Below, piece after piece: positions 9,283 to 19,109 of a stretch of 64,000 nt of DNA (within the stretch, counting starts at the first letter, position 1; the number at the start of each line of letters is the position of its first letter). The notes beneath the pieces were generated by a model. It had not been told where the DNA came from. It ran no database searches and saw only the letters and a program-made list of their open reading frames with translations. A program made the position numbers and the translations under genes. Source of the stretch: a virus (lineage: Duplodnaviria; Heunggongvirae; Uroviricota; Caudoviricetes); the IMG/VR virus record IMGVR_UViG_3300017963_000223. One strand, given 5' to 3'.

Positions 9283-10086
9283 ATGAGAATGTTCTTCAAG
9301 TCTGTTTCCATTTTGTGTTTTGACGGCGACAACGGTGGTGCTGGTGGCGATGCTGGCGGCGCGACTGGTGGCGATGCTGGCGGAAACGCTGGCGGAGACG
9401 CTGGTGGAAGCGGGGGCGGGGATCGCACGTTCACGCAAGCTGAGTTGAACAAGATCCTTGCCGAGGACAAGCGAAAGCATCAGGAGCGGTACGCTCAACT
9501 TGAAAGCGAGCACCGCGAACTGCTGCAAAACCAAAGCCTCACTGAGGAAGAGCGAAAGAAGCTGAACGGTCGAATTGCCGACCTGCAAGCCGCTCAACGA
9601 ACGAAGGAACAGCAGATCGAGTTCGATCGAAAGCAAGCTGAGGAAAAGCACACCGAAGCCCTTACGGCGGCGGAAAAACGAGGCGACCATTGGGAGTCCT
9701 TGTACAAAAAGGAAACCGTGGCTCGTTCATTGCAGGACGCGGCTGCTCAGGGGGATGCTTTCAACCCAGCGCAGATCGTTGGCTTGTTGCAGCCGATGAC
9801 CGAACTCAAAGACATCGAAGGCATTTTGACTCCGATGGTCAGCTTTCCTGACAAAGATGAAAAGACAGGAGAAGATGTTCAAACCCTTTGCACTCCGACC
9901 GACGCCGTGAAGCGTATGCGTCAGTTGCCGAAGGTGTGGGGCAACCTCTTCAAGAGTAACATCGTTAGCGGTGTTGGTGCTGGTCAAGGTGACCCTGCCC
10001 CCTCTGACGCTGACTACAAATCGATGGATGCCGAGACGTATCGCAAGAATCGTGCTGCGATCATCAGTCGGGTATCAGGAAGATAA
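9283..10086 (+). CDS. scaffolding protein with GGDAGG hexapeptide repeats and coiled-coil region
   Basis: ATG at 9283 with AGGTTAGGAA RBS; position just before major capsid; 18-bp tandem nucleotide repeats 9331-9423; charged helical central region. Confidence 0.55.
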   Translation: MRMFFKSVSILCFDGDNGGAGGDAGGATGGDAGGNAGGDAGGSGGGDRTFTQAELNKILAEDKRKHQERYAQLESEHRELLQNQSLTEEERKKLNGRIADLQAAQRTKEQQIEFDRKQAEEKHTEALTAAEKRGDHWESLYKKETVARSLQDAAAQGDAFNPAQIVGLLQPMTELKDIEGILTPMVSFPDKDEKTGEDVQTLCTPTDAVKRMRQLPKVWGNLFKSNIVSGVGAGQGDPAPSDADYKSMDAETYRKNRAAIISRVSGR

Positions 10087-10242
10087 CAGCGACTTAGCTG
10101 CCCAGCTTGGAAGTCCGCGCCTCTAAGCCATCGGGCCAACCGGGAAGACCGGGCGTACTGTGCGTAGAACCAGGGCACGCATAGTGTAAAATACCTGGGA
10201 GTCGGTTTTCACAAACTTACTCGAAACTCAAGGAGTTCCTCA

Positions 10243-11634
10243 ATGAACTTTTACCCCCTTTGCTACGCGAACGATAACGATGCCCTGATTCCCGAACTGT
10301 GGGCGAATGAGTCTCTCGCGATTCTTGAAGAGAACATGGTGATGGCGAATCTCGTCCACCGTGACTTCTCGCCGCTGGTCGCCAGCTACGGCGACGTGGT
10401 CAATACTCGTCGACCGGGCGAGTTCTCGACTAAGCGTAAGGCGCAGGCCGATAGCGTGGTCAGCCAGAACGCTTCCAGCACGAACGTCCAGGTCCCCTTG
10501 GATCAGCACGTTTACGTGACGTTCACCATCAAGGACGAGGAAGCCAGCCTCTCGTTCAAGGAGTTGATCTCTTACTACATGCAGCCCGCTGCCATGCAGA
10601 TGGCTCGCACGGTGGATCGCATTCTGTGCGGTCAGGTGCATCGCTTCTTCACCAACAACTCCGGCAAACTGGCTGGCATGACGTCTTCCAACGCTAAGGA
10701 TTACATCCTGGAAACCCGCGAAGACATGAATGTCAACAAGGCCTACCAGAACGGTCGAAATCTGGTCATCAGCCCGCAGGCTGAGACCGAGATGTTGAAG
10801 ACCGAATTGTTCATCGCTGCGAACCAGCGTGGAGATGGCGGAACGGCCCTCGAAGAGGCTCGCCTTGGTCGTATCCTTGGCTTCGATACCTTCCTGGATC
10901 AGAACGTGAACTACGTCGCGCTGGCTAGCGCCGACACGATCACGCTGAATCATACGGCAGGTGCTTCGGCTGGTGACACGGGCAACAAGACTTGTACCAC
11001 GGCTTCGGCCAACATCGCCAACGGCGCGTTCGTCTGGTTCACGGGCGACCAACAGCCGCAGGTGGTTTCGGCTCACACCGGTACGGGCCCGATCACAGGT
11101 ATCACCCTGGTCGATCCGTACAAGTATGATGTCTCGGCCAACGCGGTTGGCTATGCCTTCAACGCAGCGGACGCTAGCGGCAATTACGCGGTCGGCTACG
11201 ACAAGGGTATCACGCTTGATGGCATCACGGCCAACAAGCTCCCTGTTGTGGGTCAGTTGCTTGCCACCGGCACGGGTGCGACTCGTAAGACGTACACGAT
11301 CATCGAAGTGGACTCGGTCAACACCACGTCCGCCGTTGTGTGGCTGGACCGTCCTCTTGAGGTCGCTATCACTGACGACGACGAAGTGTTCCCCGGCCCG
11401 CATGGCTCGATGTGCATGGCGTTTCATCGGGATGCTCTCGCCCTCGTCAGCCGCCCCTTGGCTCTGCCAGCCGATTCTCTCGGCGTGCAAGCGGCCGTCG
11501 GCAGCTACAATGACTTGGCGATGCGAGTCGCGATGCAGTACGACATCTCCAGCCAGGGCACGATTGTGACCCTCGACATGCTGTGCGGTGTTGCTCTGCT
11601 CGACGTGAACTTGGGCGCTGCTCTCTACGCTTGA
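10243..11634 (+). CDS. major capsid protein
   Basis: 463-aa ORF after scaffold, strong RBS caaggag, followed by strong hairpin terminator. Confidence 0.65.
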   Translation: MNFYPLCYANDNDALIPELWANESLAILEENMVMANLVHRDFSPLVASYGDVVNTRRPGEFSTKRKAQADSVVSQNASSTNVQVPLDQHVYVTFTIKDEEASLSFKELISYYMQPAAMQMARTVDRILCGQVHRFFTNNSGKLAGMTSSNAKDYILETREDMNVNKAYQNGRNLVISPQAETEMLKTELFIAANQRGDGGTALEEARLGRILGFDTFLDQNVNYVALASADTITLNHTAGASAGDTGNKTCTTASANIANGAFVWFTGDQQPQVVSAHTGTGPITGITLVDPYKYDVSANAVGYAFNAADASGNYAVGYDKGITLDGITANKLPVVGQLLATGTGATRKTYTIIEVDSVNTTSAVVWLDRPLEVAITDDDEVFPGPHGSMCMAFHRDALALVSRPLALPADSLGVQAAVGSYNDLAMRVAMQYDISSQGTIVTLDMLCGVALLDVNLGAALYA

Positions 11635-11668
11635 GCCCAACCGGCTTAGGGCCGGATTCGATAGCGTA

Positions 11669-11699
11669 CCCGGCGGGAGGCATCTCACCTCCCGCCGGG
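11669..11699 (+). terminator. perfect 12-bp stem hairpin (cccggcgggagg/cctcccgccggg) after capsid gene
   Basis: Seen directly in sequence; no long T-tract, so intrinsic terminator assignment moderate. Confidence 0.5.
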
Positions 11700-11703
11700 C
11701 CTT

Positions 11704-11776
11704 GCTAGTGTAGCTCAATTGGCAGAGCCGTTGATTTGTAATCAACAGGTTAAAGGTTCGAGTCCTTTCGCTAGCT
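11704..11776 (+). tRNA. tRNA-Thr (anticodon TGT)
   Basis: Manual cloverleaf: acceptor GCTAGTG/CGCTAGC, D-stem GCTC/GAGC, anticodon stem GTTGA/TCAAC loop TTTGTAA, T-stem AAAGG/CCTTT with TTCGAGT loop. Confidence 0.8.
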
Positions 11777-11816
11777 CTACTGTTTGACAGTATCGGACTT
11801 TCTTTGGAGATTTCAC

Positions 11817-12107
11817 ATGGCATGGGCCGACCGATTTCAAGCCGACGCGATCATTGAGCCTTCGGGCTACAGGAAGGTCACTTCTCTCTCGTCAGCCAAG
11901 GGTGTGCTGATCGGCGAAGGTCGTGTCGCACTTATTCAAGCAATCAATCAAAATGTGCGTTACCGTGATGACGGCGTCGACCCGACCGCCAACACAGGGA
12001 TGGTGCTGTTCGCAGGTCAAAGTATCTGGTACACTGGCGATCTACGCGCCATCCGGTTCATTGAGGAAGCAGTAGGGGCCGAAGTCAACATCCTGACGTA
12101 CAAATGA
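11817..12107 (+). CDS. hypothetical protein (96 aa)
   Basis: ATG 11817 with GGAGA RBS 7 nt upstream; ORF table entry 11784 is upstream extension. Confidence 0.5.
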   Translation: MAWADRFQADAIIEPSGYRKVTSLSSAKGVLIGEGRVALIQAINQNVRYRDDGVDPTANTGMVLFAGQSIWYTGDLRAIRFIEEAVGAEVNILTYK

Positions 12108-12811
12108 TCCCATTCGCAAGTAACATCAGAATCCCGATGGCGCCAAATCTAGGCGGAGTCGCCGCCGGTTTGAAAGAGAAGAGGTTGCTTGCGGCCTCGT
12201 CGTTGGCCTTGGTGCATACTGTTTCGCAAACCGGCAACAGGAATGCTGCTGCTGAAAACACACTGCTTTTGGATCACGCAGCCGTGTGGCATAACAACCA
12301 CGCCGAAGACCCCGGCAGCAGCACGTTGAACTTTGCTCAAGGCGCGACGTTCAACATTGAGAGGCCTAGGTCATGTGAGTCGACGTTGTCTTTCAGTCAG
12401 TATGTTCACGTCATTCTTGAAGGCTATCACGCACCTAGCACAACCCTTGCTCTTGTTGCTGGTGAAACGGTCAACGTAGGGGCTCCTGCATACATCACCA
12501 GCAATAACACGGCAAATCTTGCGTCCGCATCCGATGCCGTCAAGTCCAGAGCGATTGGGCTGATAACACAGGCTGCTTCTGCAAACAGCGCCACAATTGT
12601 TCAGACTGATGGCTCGGTAGAGGTCGCAGATTGGACTTCAATCATTGGCGCCGCCGCTCTCACTCCTGGCACGGTTTACTTTCTGCATACTACTGATGGT
12701 CAGATGAGAGCTACGCCACCGACCGGAGACGGAGAGGTCGTAGTGACCATGGGTGTCGCGGTCACAACAACCAAGTTTGACATCGAAGTCAACGAGGTAG
12801 CTGTTCTATGA
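12104..12811 (+). CDS. hypothetical structural protein, C-terminal domain paralogous to 3025..3489 product
   Basis: ATGA overlap coupling; shared C-terminal motif ...DGEVVVTMGVAVTTTKFDIEV. Confidence 0.55.
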   Translation: MIPFASNIRIPMAPNLGGVAAGLKEKRLLAASSLALVHTVSQTGNRNAAAENTLLLDHAAVWHNNHAEDPGSSTLNFAQGATFNIERPRSCESTLSFSQYVHVILEGYHAPSTTLALVAGETVNVGAPAYITSNNTANLASASDAVKSRAIGLITQAASANSATIVQTDGSVEVADWTSIIGAAALTPGTVYFLHTTDGQMRATPPTGDGEVVVTMGVAVTTTKFDIEVNEVAVL

Positions 12812-15800
12812 GCACATACAAACCAACTGTAATCATTGACGGTCGAGAGAATCAGCTTGATGATCCGGACGGGTTGGAAGTTGCTCACCTGACCAGTACC
12901 GATTACGTGCAGTTTGATACCTCTTATGTCGACAGCATTGCGGAAGGTCGTCTTCAATGGAATAGCGAGGACGGCACGTTGGAAGTCGGGATGCCGGGCG
13001 GCGACGTAACACTGCAAATTGGTCAAGAGCAGTTGGTGCGATGTCGAAACGCTTCTGGCAACACGATTAACAACGGAAGTGTAGTCTATGTTAGTGGGCA
13101 ATCTGGAAATAAACCTCTCATTGAGTTGTCCAAAGCTGACGACAAAACGACCGCCATTGTATTTGGAGTGGCCACCGAAGACATTGCAAACAATGATAAT
13201 GGCTATGTCAATGTCGGCGGACTGGTGCGAAGTATGAACACCAACGGCCTCAATGAGGGTGCCTATGTGTTCTTGTCAGCTAACACTGCCGGGGCTCTTG
13301 AAAATTCTCCAGCAACGGCCCCCAATTACAAGGCTCGTGTAGGTTATTGCCTCATAACACATAACACTGAAGGAGTCATATTTGTTGACTCATCAGTCGT
13401 TCCGGTCCTTCAATCCTTATCTAACTGCTTTGGCACCCCATCAGATGACGGCGACCACATGGCATGGGTGTCAGCGAACAGTCGTTTTGAGGTAACCACA
13501 GGAGGCGCCGTCAAAACTGGTTGGAATACTGGAGCAGATACTGAAGCCACCATCACGCACAACAGTGGCAACCTCACCCTCTCTGTTACCCCGACTGGCA
13601 ACAGCTTCGACTTCTGGGTCGAAGGAGACAAGTACACCAAGTCGTCTGCTCAAAGTGCGACCATAACGGACACTGAAGGTCTTTGGTTTTTCTACTTTGA
13701 CTCCACCGGTACTTTGCAAGCCAGTCAAACACCTTGGGTCATAGCCGATGATAACAAAGCTTTGACGGCCATTGCTTATTGGGACGCCGACAACAACGAA
13801 TTTGTTACAGTCGGGCAGGAGTTTCATTCTTGGGTGATGGATGCAGACACCCACGCCCGCTTGCATTACGCAGAAGGGGCAATTTATGCTTCAGGTTTGG
13901 CTCTTGGCAACATGACTGTTGATGGAAATGGTAGCAGTAACACACACGCTCAAGTATCAGTTGGAAATGGGGTATTTTACGATGAAGACATAAAGCATAC
14001 CATCACCGATGGCTCACCGCAAGACCTGTCGCCAACCTTGAATGTCCCTGGTCTTTATCGTTCTGGTGCCTCCGGCCTGTGGCGAAAGATCGCGAACTCA
14101 GATTACCCGATAACCACTACGGGGACCGGACGAGCCGCATGGAATGAGTACACAGCCAACACATGGCAACTGACTGAAGTCACCAACACACGCTACGTAC
14201 TGTCTCATTTGTTTGCGACCAGTGATATTGACAATCCGATTGTGTACGTGGTAGGGCAAAACGAATACGCCACCAAAGCTGCCGCCAGAACCGGAGCAGA
14301 AACGGAGTTGAACACCCTGTTGCTTGGCGACCTTGCTGCGGCGTTTCAAGAGTTCATCCCAATTGCTACTCTTATCTACCAGACGCGGGACTCATACTCT
14401 AATGCGGTCCAGTCTCGTATTGTGTCCACTGAGGAAGGTGATGACTACATTGATTGGCGAGGCTCGGCGACAGCCGCGTCCACAGTCAGCGGCGTCACTG
14501 ACCACGGGCTCCTGTCTGGTTTGACAGCCGACGACCACCCACACTACGCCTTAGCCGATGGCACGCGAACCTTCACCGGTAACGTCACGGTGCAAGGCAC
14601 GGTAAATGCCTACAACTATGACACGGGCAACTACAGAATTGATGAGATAAACTCCCGCCTGCAAATTATGAATCAACGTGATTCGGGAGACACTCACTTC
14701 GACTTCATGCCGGACAAGAACGGTGGGGACGGTGAAGATGATGCAGCTATAAATCTCTGGGCGACCGGAGGTGTCAGCTACGAATACTTGACAATTGGGT
14801 ATGATTCCGACGCCAGCCCGCAGCGATATGTAATCGAGACCCTCGCTATTGGCGCCGGTGTGCATCATCCGATCTACTTCAAGCACTCCGGCTCGGACAT
14901 AATGTCCATCAACTCGACTGGACTCCACATGGCTAGTGGCGCGGATGTCACGGTCAACAGCGGAGACGTTGAAGTCACCAGTGGTAACGTATCTGTCAAC
15001 AGCGGTAACATTGCTGTCACGGATGGCACCATCACTGTCGACGATTACGAAGTCGCCTTGATGCTTGGCGCGAACAAGACCATCTATGTGCGAACGACCG
15101 GAAACGACTCGAATGACGGCACAACAGTCCCCACTGCTTTTTTGACACTAGGCAGGGCACTCACCGAGGTCCGTAAATGGCAGATCGAAGACTATATAGT
15201 TACGGTAGATATTGGTGAGGGTACATACAATATCTCCGGCATTTTGAACCCTTCTTGCACACACGGTTCAAACATTGGCTGGTATGGCAAGGCAACTGAG
15301 TACACAAATCGAACGATCAACAATATCGATGCGTCAACTTCAAACTTAGCTACTGGTTTGGAATACATTGATTTTGATGTCAGCCTTCCATCAGGTTCAG
15401 GTGCCGCAGAAGGTCAATATATCATTATCAAAACTACCTCCGGAGGCACCAACCCCAATTTGGTCAAAGGGGTCCATGAAATTGTCACTTGGAACGGCAC
15501 AACAAATATCGCGACAGTACGATGTGCCCGAACTGACAGTGTGACTACGCTTCCAAGTGGCACAATCACAGCCAACACACTGACACTAGTCAAAACTGTC
15601 TTTTCCTTCAGCGGTTCCCAAGGTATTTATTCAATTGACGGTCTTCATTGTGGTCATTGGGATAACATAGTTGTTGTAGGAGGGGCCGGTTATTCAGGTG
15701 TCTGGATGTCGCGACATTCAACAATTGTCCTCGGTGCTAACTTCGCGACCAGCAATTGGGGCACCAACCTTCATTGTCAGTACCATGCTAGTATATCCGC

Positions 15801-16173
15801 CGACCAGACGGTGCACTCATACTCACATGGGTATCTTGTAACAGCAAGTAGTAGTGGGTCTATATCACTCCGGACTGCGGCCATTTTGAGCGGAGGTCGA
15901 ACCCTAGGGTGTCGAGCTTATGACGGCGGGCTAGTAAATTTTAACAGCGGACAGGTATATTGTGGCGGCCACCCTTACCATGTTCAGTCCACAAGAGGCG
16001 GCACCATTGTCGCCATCAACGCCAACGTCGAAGGCACAGTTGCCGCCGGTAGTATTGCCTTTTACGCGACAAGCGGAGGCGGCATCGATGCAACTGGCGC
16101 CACCGACGATGCCGCAACATCTTACAATACGGCTGCCACTCCTAATGGGGCTGGTGCTTGGATCTCTTACTAG
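12808..16173 (+). CDS. tail fibre / tailspike-like protein (1121 aa) with DDHPHY motif and C-terminal beta-helix-like domain
   Basis: Large Gly/Thr/Ser/Asn-rich ORF; segment HGLLSGLTADDHPHYALADGTRTFTGNVTVQG typical of phage fibre proteins; C-terminal ~400 aa homologous to 16571 gene. Confidence 0.65.
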   Translation: MSTYKPTVIIDGRENQLDDPDGLEVAHLTSTDYVQFDTSYVDSIAEGRLQWNSEDGTLEVGMPGGDVTLQIGQEQLVRCRNASGNTINNGSVVYVSGQSGNKPLIELSKADDKTTAIVFGVATEDIANNDNGYVNVGGLVRSMNTNGLNEGAYVFLSANTAGALENSPATAPNYKARVGYCLITHNTEGVIFVDSSVVPVLQSLSNCFGTPSDDGDHMAWVSANSRFEVTTGGAVKTGWNTGADTEATITHNSGNLTLSVTPTGNSFDFWVEGDKYTKSSAQSATITDTEGLWFFYFDSTGTLQASQTPWVIADDNKALTAIAYWDADNNEFVTVGQEFHSWVMDADTHARLHYAEGAIYASGLALGNMTVDGNGSSNTHAQVSVGNGVFYDEDIKHTITDGSPQDLSPTLNVPGLYRSGASGLWRKIANSDYPITTTGTGRAAWNEYTANTWQLTEVTNTRYVLSHLFATSDIDNPIVYVVGQNEYATKAAARTGAETELNTLLLGDLAAAFQEFIPIATLIYQTRDSYSNAVQSRIVSTEEGDDYIDWRGSATAASTVSGVTDHGLLSGLTADDHPHYALADGTRTFTGNVTVQGTVNAYNYDTGNYRIDEINSRLQIMNQRDSGDTHFDFMPDKNGGDGEDDAAINLWATGGVSYEYLTIGYDSDASPQRYVIETLAIGAGVHHPIYFKHSGSDIMSINSTGLHMASGADVTVNSGDVEVTSGNVSVNSGNIAVTDGTITVDDYEVALMLGANKTIYVRTTGNDSNDGTTVPTAFLTLGRALTEVRKWQIEDYIVTVDIGEGTYNISGILNPSCTHGSNIGWYGKATEYTNRTINNIDASTSNLATGLEYIDFDVSLPSGSGAAEGQYIIIKTTSGGTNPNLVKGVHEIVTWNGTTNIATVRCARTDSVTTLPSGTITANTLTLVKTVFSFSGSQGIYSIDGLHCGHWDNIVVVGGAGYSGVWMSRHSTIVLGANFATSNWGTNLHCQYHASISADQTVHSYSHGYLVTASSSGSISLRTAAILSGGRTLGCRAYDGGLVNFNSGQVYCGGHPYHVQSTRGGTIVAINANVEGTVAAGSIAFYATSGGGIDATGATDDAATSYNTAATPNGAGAWISY

Positions 16174-16182
16174 GAGACAACG

Positions 16183-16527
16183 ATGCCTGCTATTGCACCG
16201 ATCGACAAAACTAACCCGGTTGTCATTCCGGCCCGAGTCGAGAGAACCTACAACGCTCTCGATGTGAAAGAGATCAAAATCACTCGCAGAGGAGATCAAT
16301 ATACTCTTCAAGCGACCTTCCTGCCTCGCGACCCGATCAATGATGAGAACTTGACAACTCACAAACTTACCTGGCTAGTTAGCGACCTTGTTACCTATCT
16401 CTCTGACAAGCCAGGCGCACTGAACAAAGTGAAAGACTTTGTCAAAGCCATAGCGGCCCAAGCTCAGGCCGATCCAGAAGCAGACAAACCACAGACGGTC
16501 GACCCAGGACCGGACCTCGAACCTTAG
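16183..16527 (+). CDS. hypothetical protein between the two fibre genes (possible fibre assembly/attachment factor)
   Basis: ORF with RBS ctaggagacaacgATG. Confidence 0.45.
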   Translation: MPAIAPIDKTNPVVIPARVERTYNALDVKEIKITRRGDQYTLQATFLPRDPINDENLTTHKLTWLVSDLVTYLSDKPGALNKVKDFVKAIAAQAQADPEADKPQTVDPGPDLEP

Positions 16528-16570
16528 TACCTAACTCTTAACCCTACCTTGAACTCTAAAGGACAACACA

Positions 16571-17833
16571 ATGTCTGACCATGGCGCTCTTACCGGTCTT
16601 TCTGACGACGATCATTCTCAATATGTTTTGGCTGATGGCTCACGAGACATCACCGGCAATCAAACAGTCAACGGAGTCGTAACTGCTGAGGATTTTGTTG
16701 ACGATGCTGACAACACAGCCATCAAACTTCTTGATGCAAACAAAACATTCTATGTGAGAACAACGGGTAGCGACTCGAATAACGGTTTGTCGGCTCAATA
16801 TGCTTTCTTGACGTTTGAAAGAGCGATAGAAGAGACACAGAAGTGGAGGACCGGGGATAAGAGCATCACTATCAATGTTGGCTCGGGCAACTATACCAAA
16901 ACGAGTCACATTGACCCAGCGCACAGTGACGGGCATAGGATTACATGGACGGGTGACGCGGATGAGTATACAAGTCGAACGATAAATAACATCGATGCCT
17001 CAACCACACCTTACGTGACCGGTATTGATACTTTTGACTTTGATGTCAGTCTACCAGCAGGCTCAGGGGCAGCCGCCGGACAATTCATTATTGTTAAAGA
17101 AGCTTCAGGAGGCACAAATCCGAATTTGGTAAAAGGCTGCCACCTGATTACCTGGTGGGACTACAACAACAACATCGCCACTGTGACGGTTGCTAGAAAC
17201 AGCAACTCAAGCAAATTGCCGAGTGGCACTATCACAGCTAATGTGACATTGGTAAGAACTGTTAGCGTCACGTCCACTGCGCAAGGCATCTATTCAACGA
17301 GTGGAAAGCACTGTGGCAATTGGAACAACATGGTTTTCAGAGGCTGCGCAGATTACGTGGGTGTTTGGCTGTCGAATCAATCAAAGATCGTCCTGCAAGA
17401 TAACTTTGCTACAGCGATGTGGGAAGAGAATTTGAAGTGTATGAACTCTACTATCGAAGCCAAAGGCTCAGTTCACTCTTTTGCTTTTAACTACATTGTG
17501 TCAGCCAGCGACGGAGGTTTCGTGACACTTCGCGCCGGGAGCATTTTGTCTGGCGCAGCGGGTTTGGCGGCTCGTGCCTACAATAACGGGATGCTAGACC
17601 TTTTAGCTAGCGAGGTATGCTACGGTGGTTACGTGTACAACGTGCAAGCTTTTCAAGGTGGTTTTGTGTCCGCCCAGAACGTCAATGTTGAAGGGTGCGC
17701 GACCACCGGTAGTAATGCTTTCTACGTGACCTCCGGTGGCGGCATCGACTCGTCTGGTGCGACAAACGACGCCGCGACCGCCCGTGGTCAAGAAAGCGCT
17801 CCTGGCGGTAACGGCTCTTACCACGTCTATTGA
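16571..17833 (+). CDS. second tail fibre/tailspike paralog (420 aa)
   Basis: N-terminus HGALTGLSDDDHSQYVLADGSRDITGNQTVNG matches internal motif of 12808 gene; rest aligns with its C-terminal domain (KTIYVRTTGNDSNDG / KTFYVRTTGSDSNNG; SGGTNPNLVKG; SGGGID..GAT.DAAT). Confidence 0.65.
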   Translation: MSDHGALTGLSDDDHSQYVLADGSRDITGNQTVNGVVTAEDFVDDADNTAIKLLDANKTFYVRTTGSDSNNGLSAQYAFLTFERAIEETQKWRTGDKSITINVGSGNYTKTSHIDPAHSDGHRITWTGDADEYTSRTINNIDASTTPYVTGIDTFDFDVSLPAGSGAAAGQFIIVKEASGGTNPNLVKGCHLITWWDYNNNIATVTVARNSNSSKLPSGTITANVTLVRTVSVTSTAQGIYSTSGKHCGNWNNMVFRGCADYVGVWLSNQSKIVLQDNFATAMWEENLKCMNSTIEAKGSVHSFAFNYIVSASDGGFVTLRAGSILSGAAGLAARAYNNGMLDLLASEVCYGGYVYNVQAFQGGFVSAQNVNVEGCATTGSNAFYVTSGGGIDSSGATNDAATARGQESAPGGNGSYHVY

Positions 17834-17848
17834 GAAAGGACTAATACG

Positions 17849-18085
17849 ATGGAACTGATGGACCTTGCGAAAGACTTTGGGCCGCTCGTTGGTATCGTTC
17901 TGTTCTTCATTTGGCGGGACTGGCGACGCGAGCAAAACTTAGTCGATCGAGTCCAGAAGTTGGAGGACTTCAATACTGAAGTCCTCACAACCATCGTGAA
18001 AGAGCAGGCCATGGTCATCGCAACCAACACTGAGGTTGTCAAAGTCAACACCGACCTAATTCGTCGCATCACTGAGGTGAAGTAA
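17849..18085 (+). CDS. small single-TM protein with C-terminal coiled coil
   Basis: LVGIVLFFIW hydrophobic helix; RBS gagaaagga. Confidence 0.45.
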   Translation: MELMDLAKDFGPLVGIVLFFIWRDWRREQNLVDRVQKLEDFNTEVLTTIVKEQAMVIATNTEVVKVNTDLIRRITEVK

Positions 18086-18595
18086 ATGGTTCGACCCAAT
18101 TACAACTTGATTCGATTCATCCGGCGAAGCGTCCGTATGATGAAGAAAGAGTACGGAAACTCGATCACTGTCTACAAGCTTGGAACGGCGACCACGAACT
18201 ACAGCACGGGTGTGAAGACAGAGTCGCACACTTCGACGTTCATTCGTCGTGCTGTGGTGCTTCCTGTCAAGTTGACTCGGGATGTTGTTCAGACGATTTC
18301 GATGATCTCGGCAAACAAGAAGATTGTGCAAGGAGGCACCTTCGACCCAGGTCTTCGGACATTCATCATCGACCGAACTGACGTGGCGACCACCTGGACG
18401 ATCGAGAAGGATGATTGGATCGTCTACGACGGGTCTCGATATGATGTGAAATCCGTCGAAGAATACGAGTACAAAACTGGCTGGATTGTTACAGCCAAGA
18501 AAATTGAAGGCGCTCCGGCGTATGAGGATCACCACCTCAAAACGAATGCGTACCTTCTCTCATTGACACAGACTGCTTCGGCAGTCATAGCTTAA
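18086..18595 (+). CDS. hypothetical protein (possible head-tail joining)
   Basis: ORF with GAGGTGAAG RBS; position between fibres and tail tube. Confidence 0.45.
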   Translation: MVRPNYNLIRFIRRSVRMMKKEYGNSITVYKLGTATTNYSTGVKTESHTSTFIRRAVVLPVKLTRDVVQTISMISANKKIVQGGTFDPGLRTFIIDRTDVATTWTIEKDDWIVYDGSRYDVKSVEEYEYKTGWIVTAKKIEGAPAYEDHHLKTNAYLLSLTQTASAVIA

Positions 18596-18611
18596 CCGGA
18601 GGCAGACGACA

Positions 18612-19097
18612 ATGGACAAGAACCTCGCGCGGTGGATCTTCCAGTCTCTTGCGTCACACTTCAAAAGTGTTGCCGATGGGATCTCTTTACTGTATTTTGT
18701 CGAAGGCATCGACGAGCGATCTAACGACACTATGCAGGACAATCACGTTGAACTCAGAGTGTCCGGACCTGAACTGAAAGAGGTCAGCAACGGCTATTAC
18801 GATGTCAAAGTCATTGTGAACTTCCTGTTCACCAAGAATATGGACGAAGTCAGTGCGGATGCCTTCGACATAATTCAGTGGACTGGTGTGTTTGCGGACG
18901 AGATGTTGAAGCCGATTCCGATCTACAAGCTAGGCACAGGTGCGGAGGACGATGGAACACTTGTTGGGTGTCTCCAAGTACACAAAGGGCGAAACCAAGC
19001 GGTTCGAGTTTTCCACTACGGACAACTCGATAAGGACACCCGTGTAAGACAGTCCGCGATGGACGCCTTGTACGGAATGAACTATCAATCTTCATAA
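18612..19097 (+). CDS. hypothetical protein (possible tail completion)
   Basis: ORF with CCGGAGG RBS. Confidence 0.45.
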   Translation: MDKNLARWIFQSLASHFKSVADGISLLYFVEGIDERSNDTMQDNHVELRVSGPELKEVSNGYYDVKVIVNFLFTKNMDEVSADAFDIIQWTGVFADEMLKPIPIYKLGTGAEDDGTLVGCLQVHKGRNQAVRVFHYGQLDKDTRVRQSAMDALYGMNYQSS

Positions 19098-19109
19098 GGA
19101 GAAACCATA

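Noticed and set aside
8935-10086. Longer version of the scaffold ORF starting at 8935
   Set aside because: The upstream part overlaps gene 8715..9266 in another frame. ATG 9283 has a strong RBS and a sensible N-terminus.
10240-11823. 527-aa minus-strand ORF antisense to the major capsid gene
   Set aside because: It is a typical antisense open frame in GC-rich DNA. It is Arg/Val/Gly-rich, has no RBS or start context, and fully overlaps a well-supported + strand gene with strong RBS and terminator.
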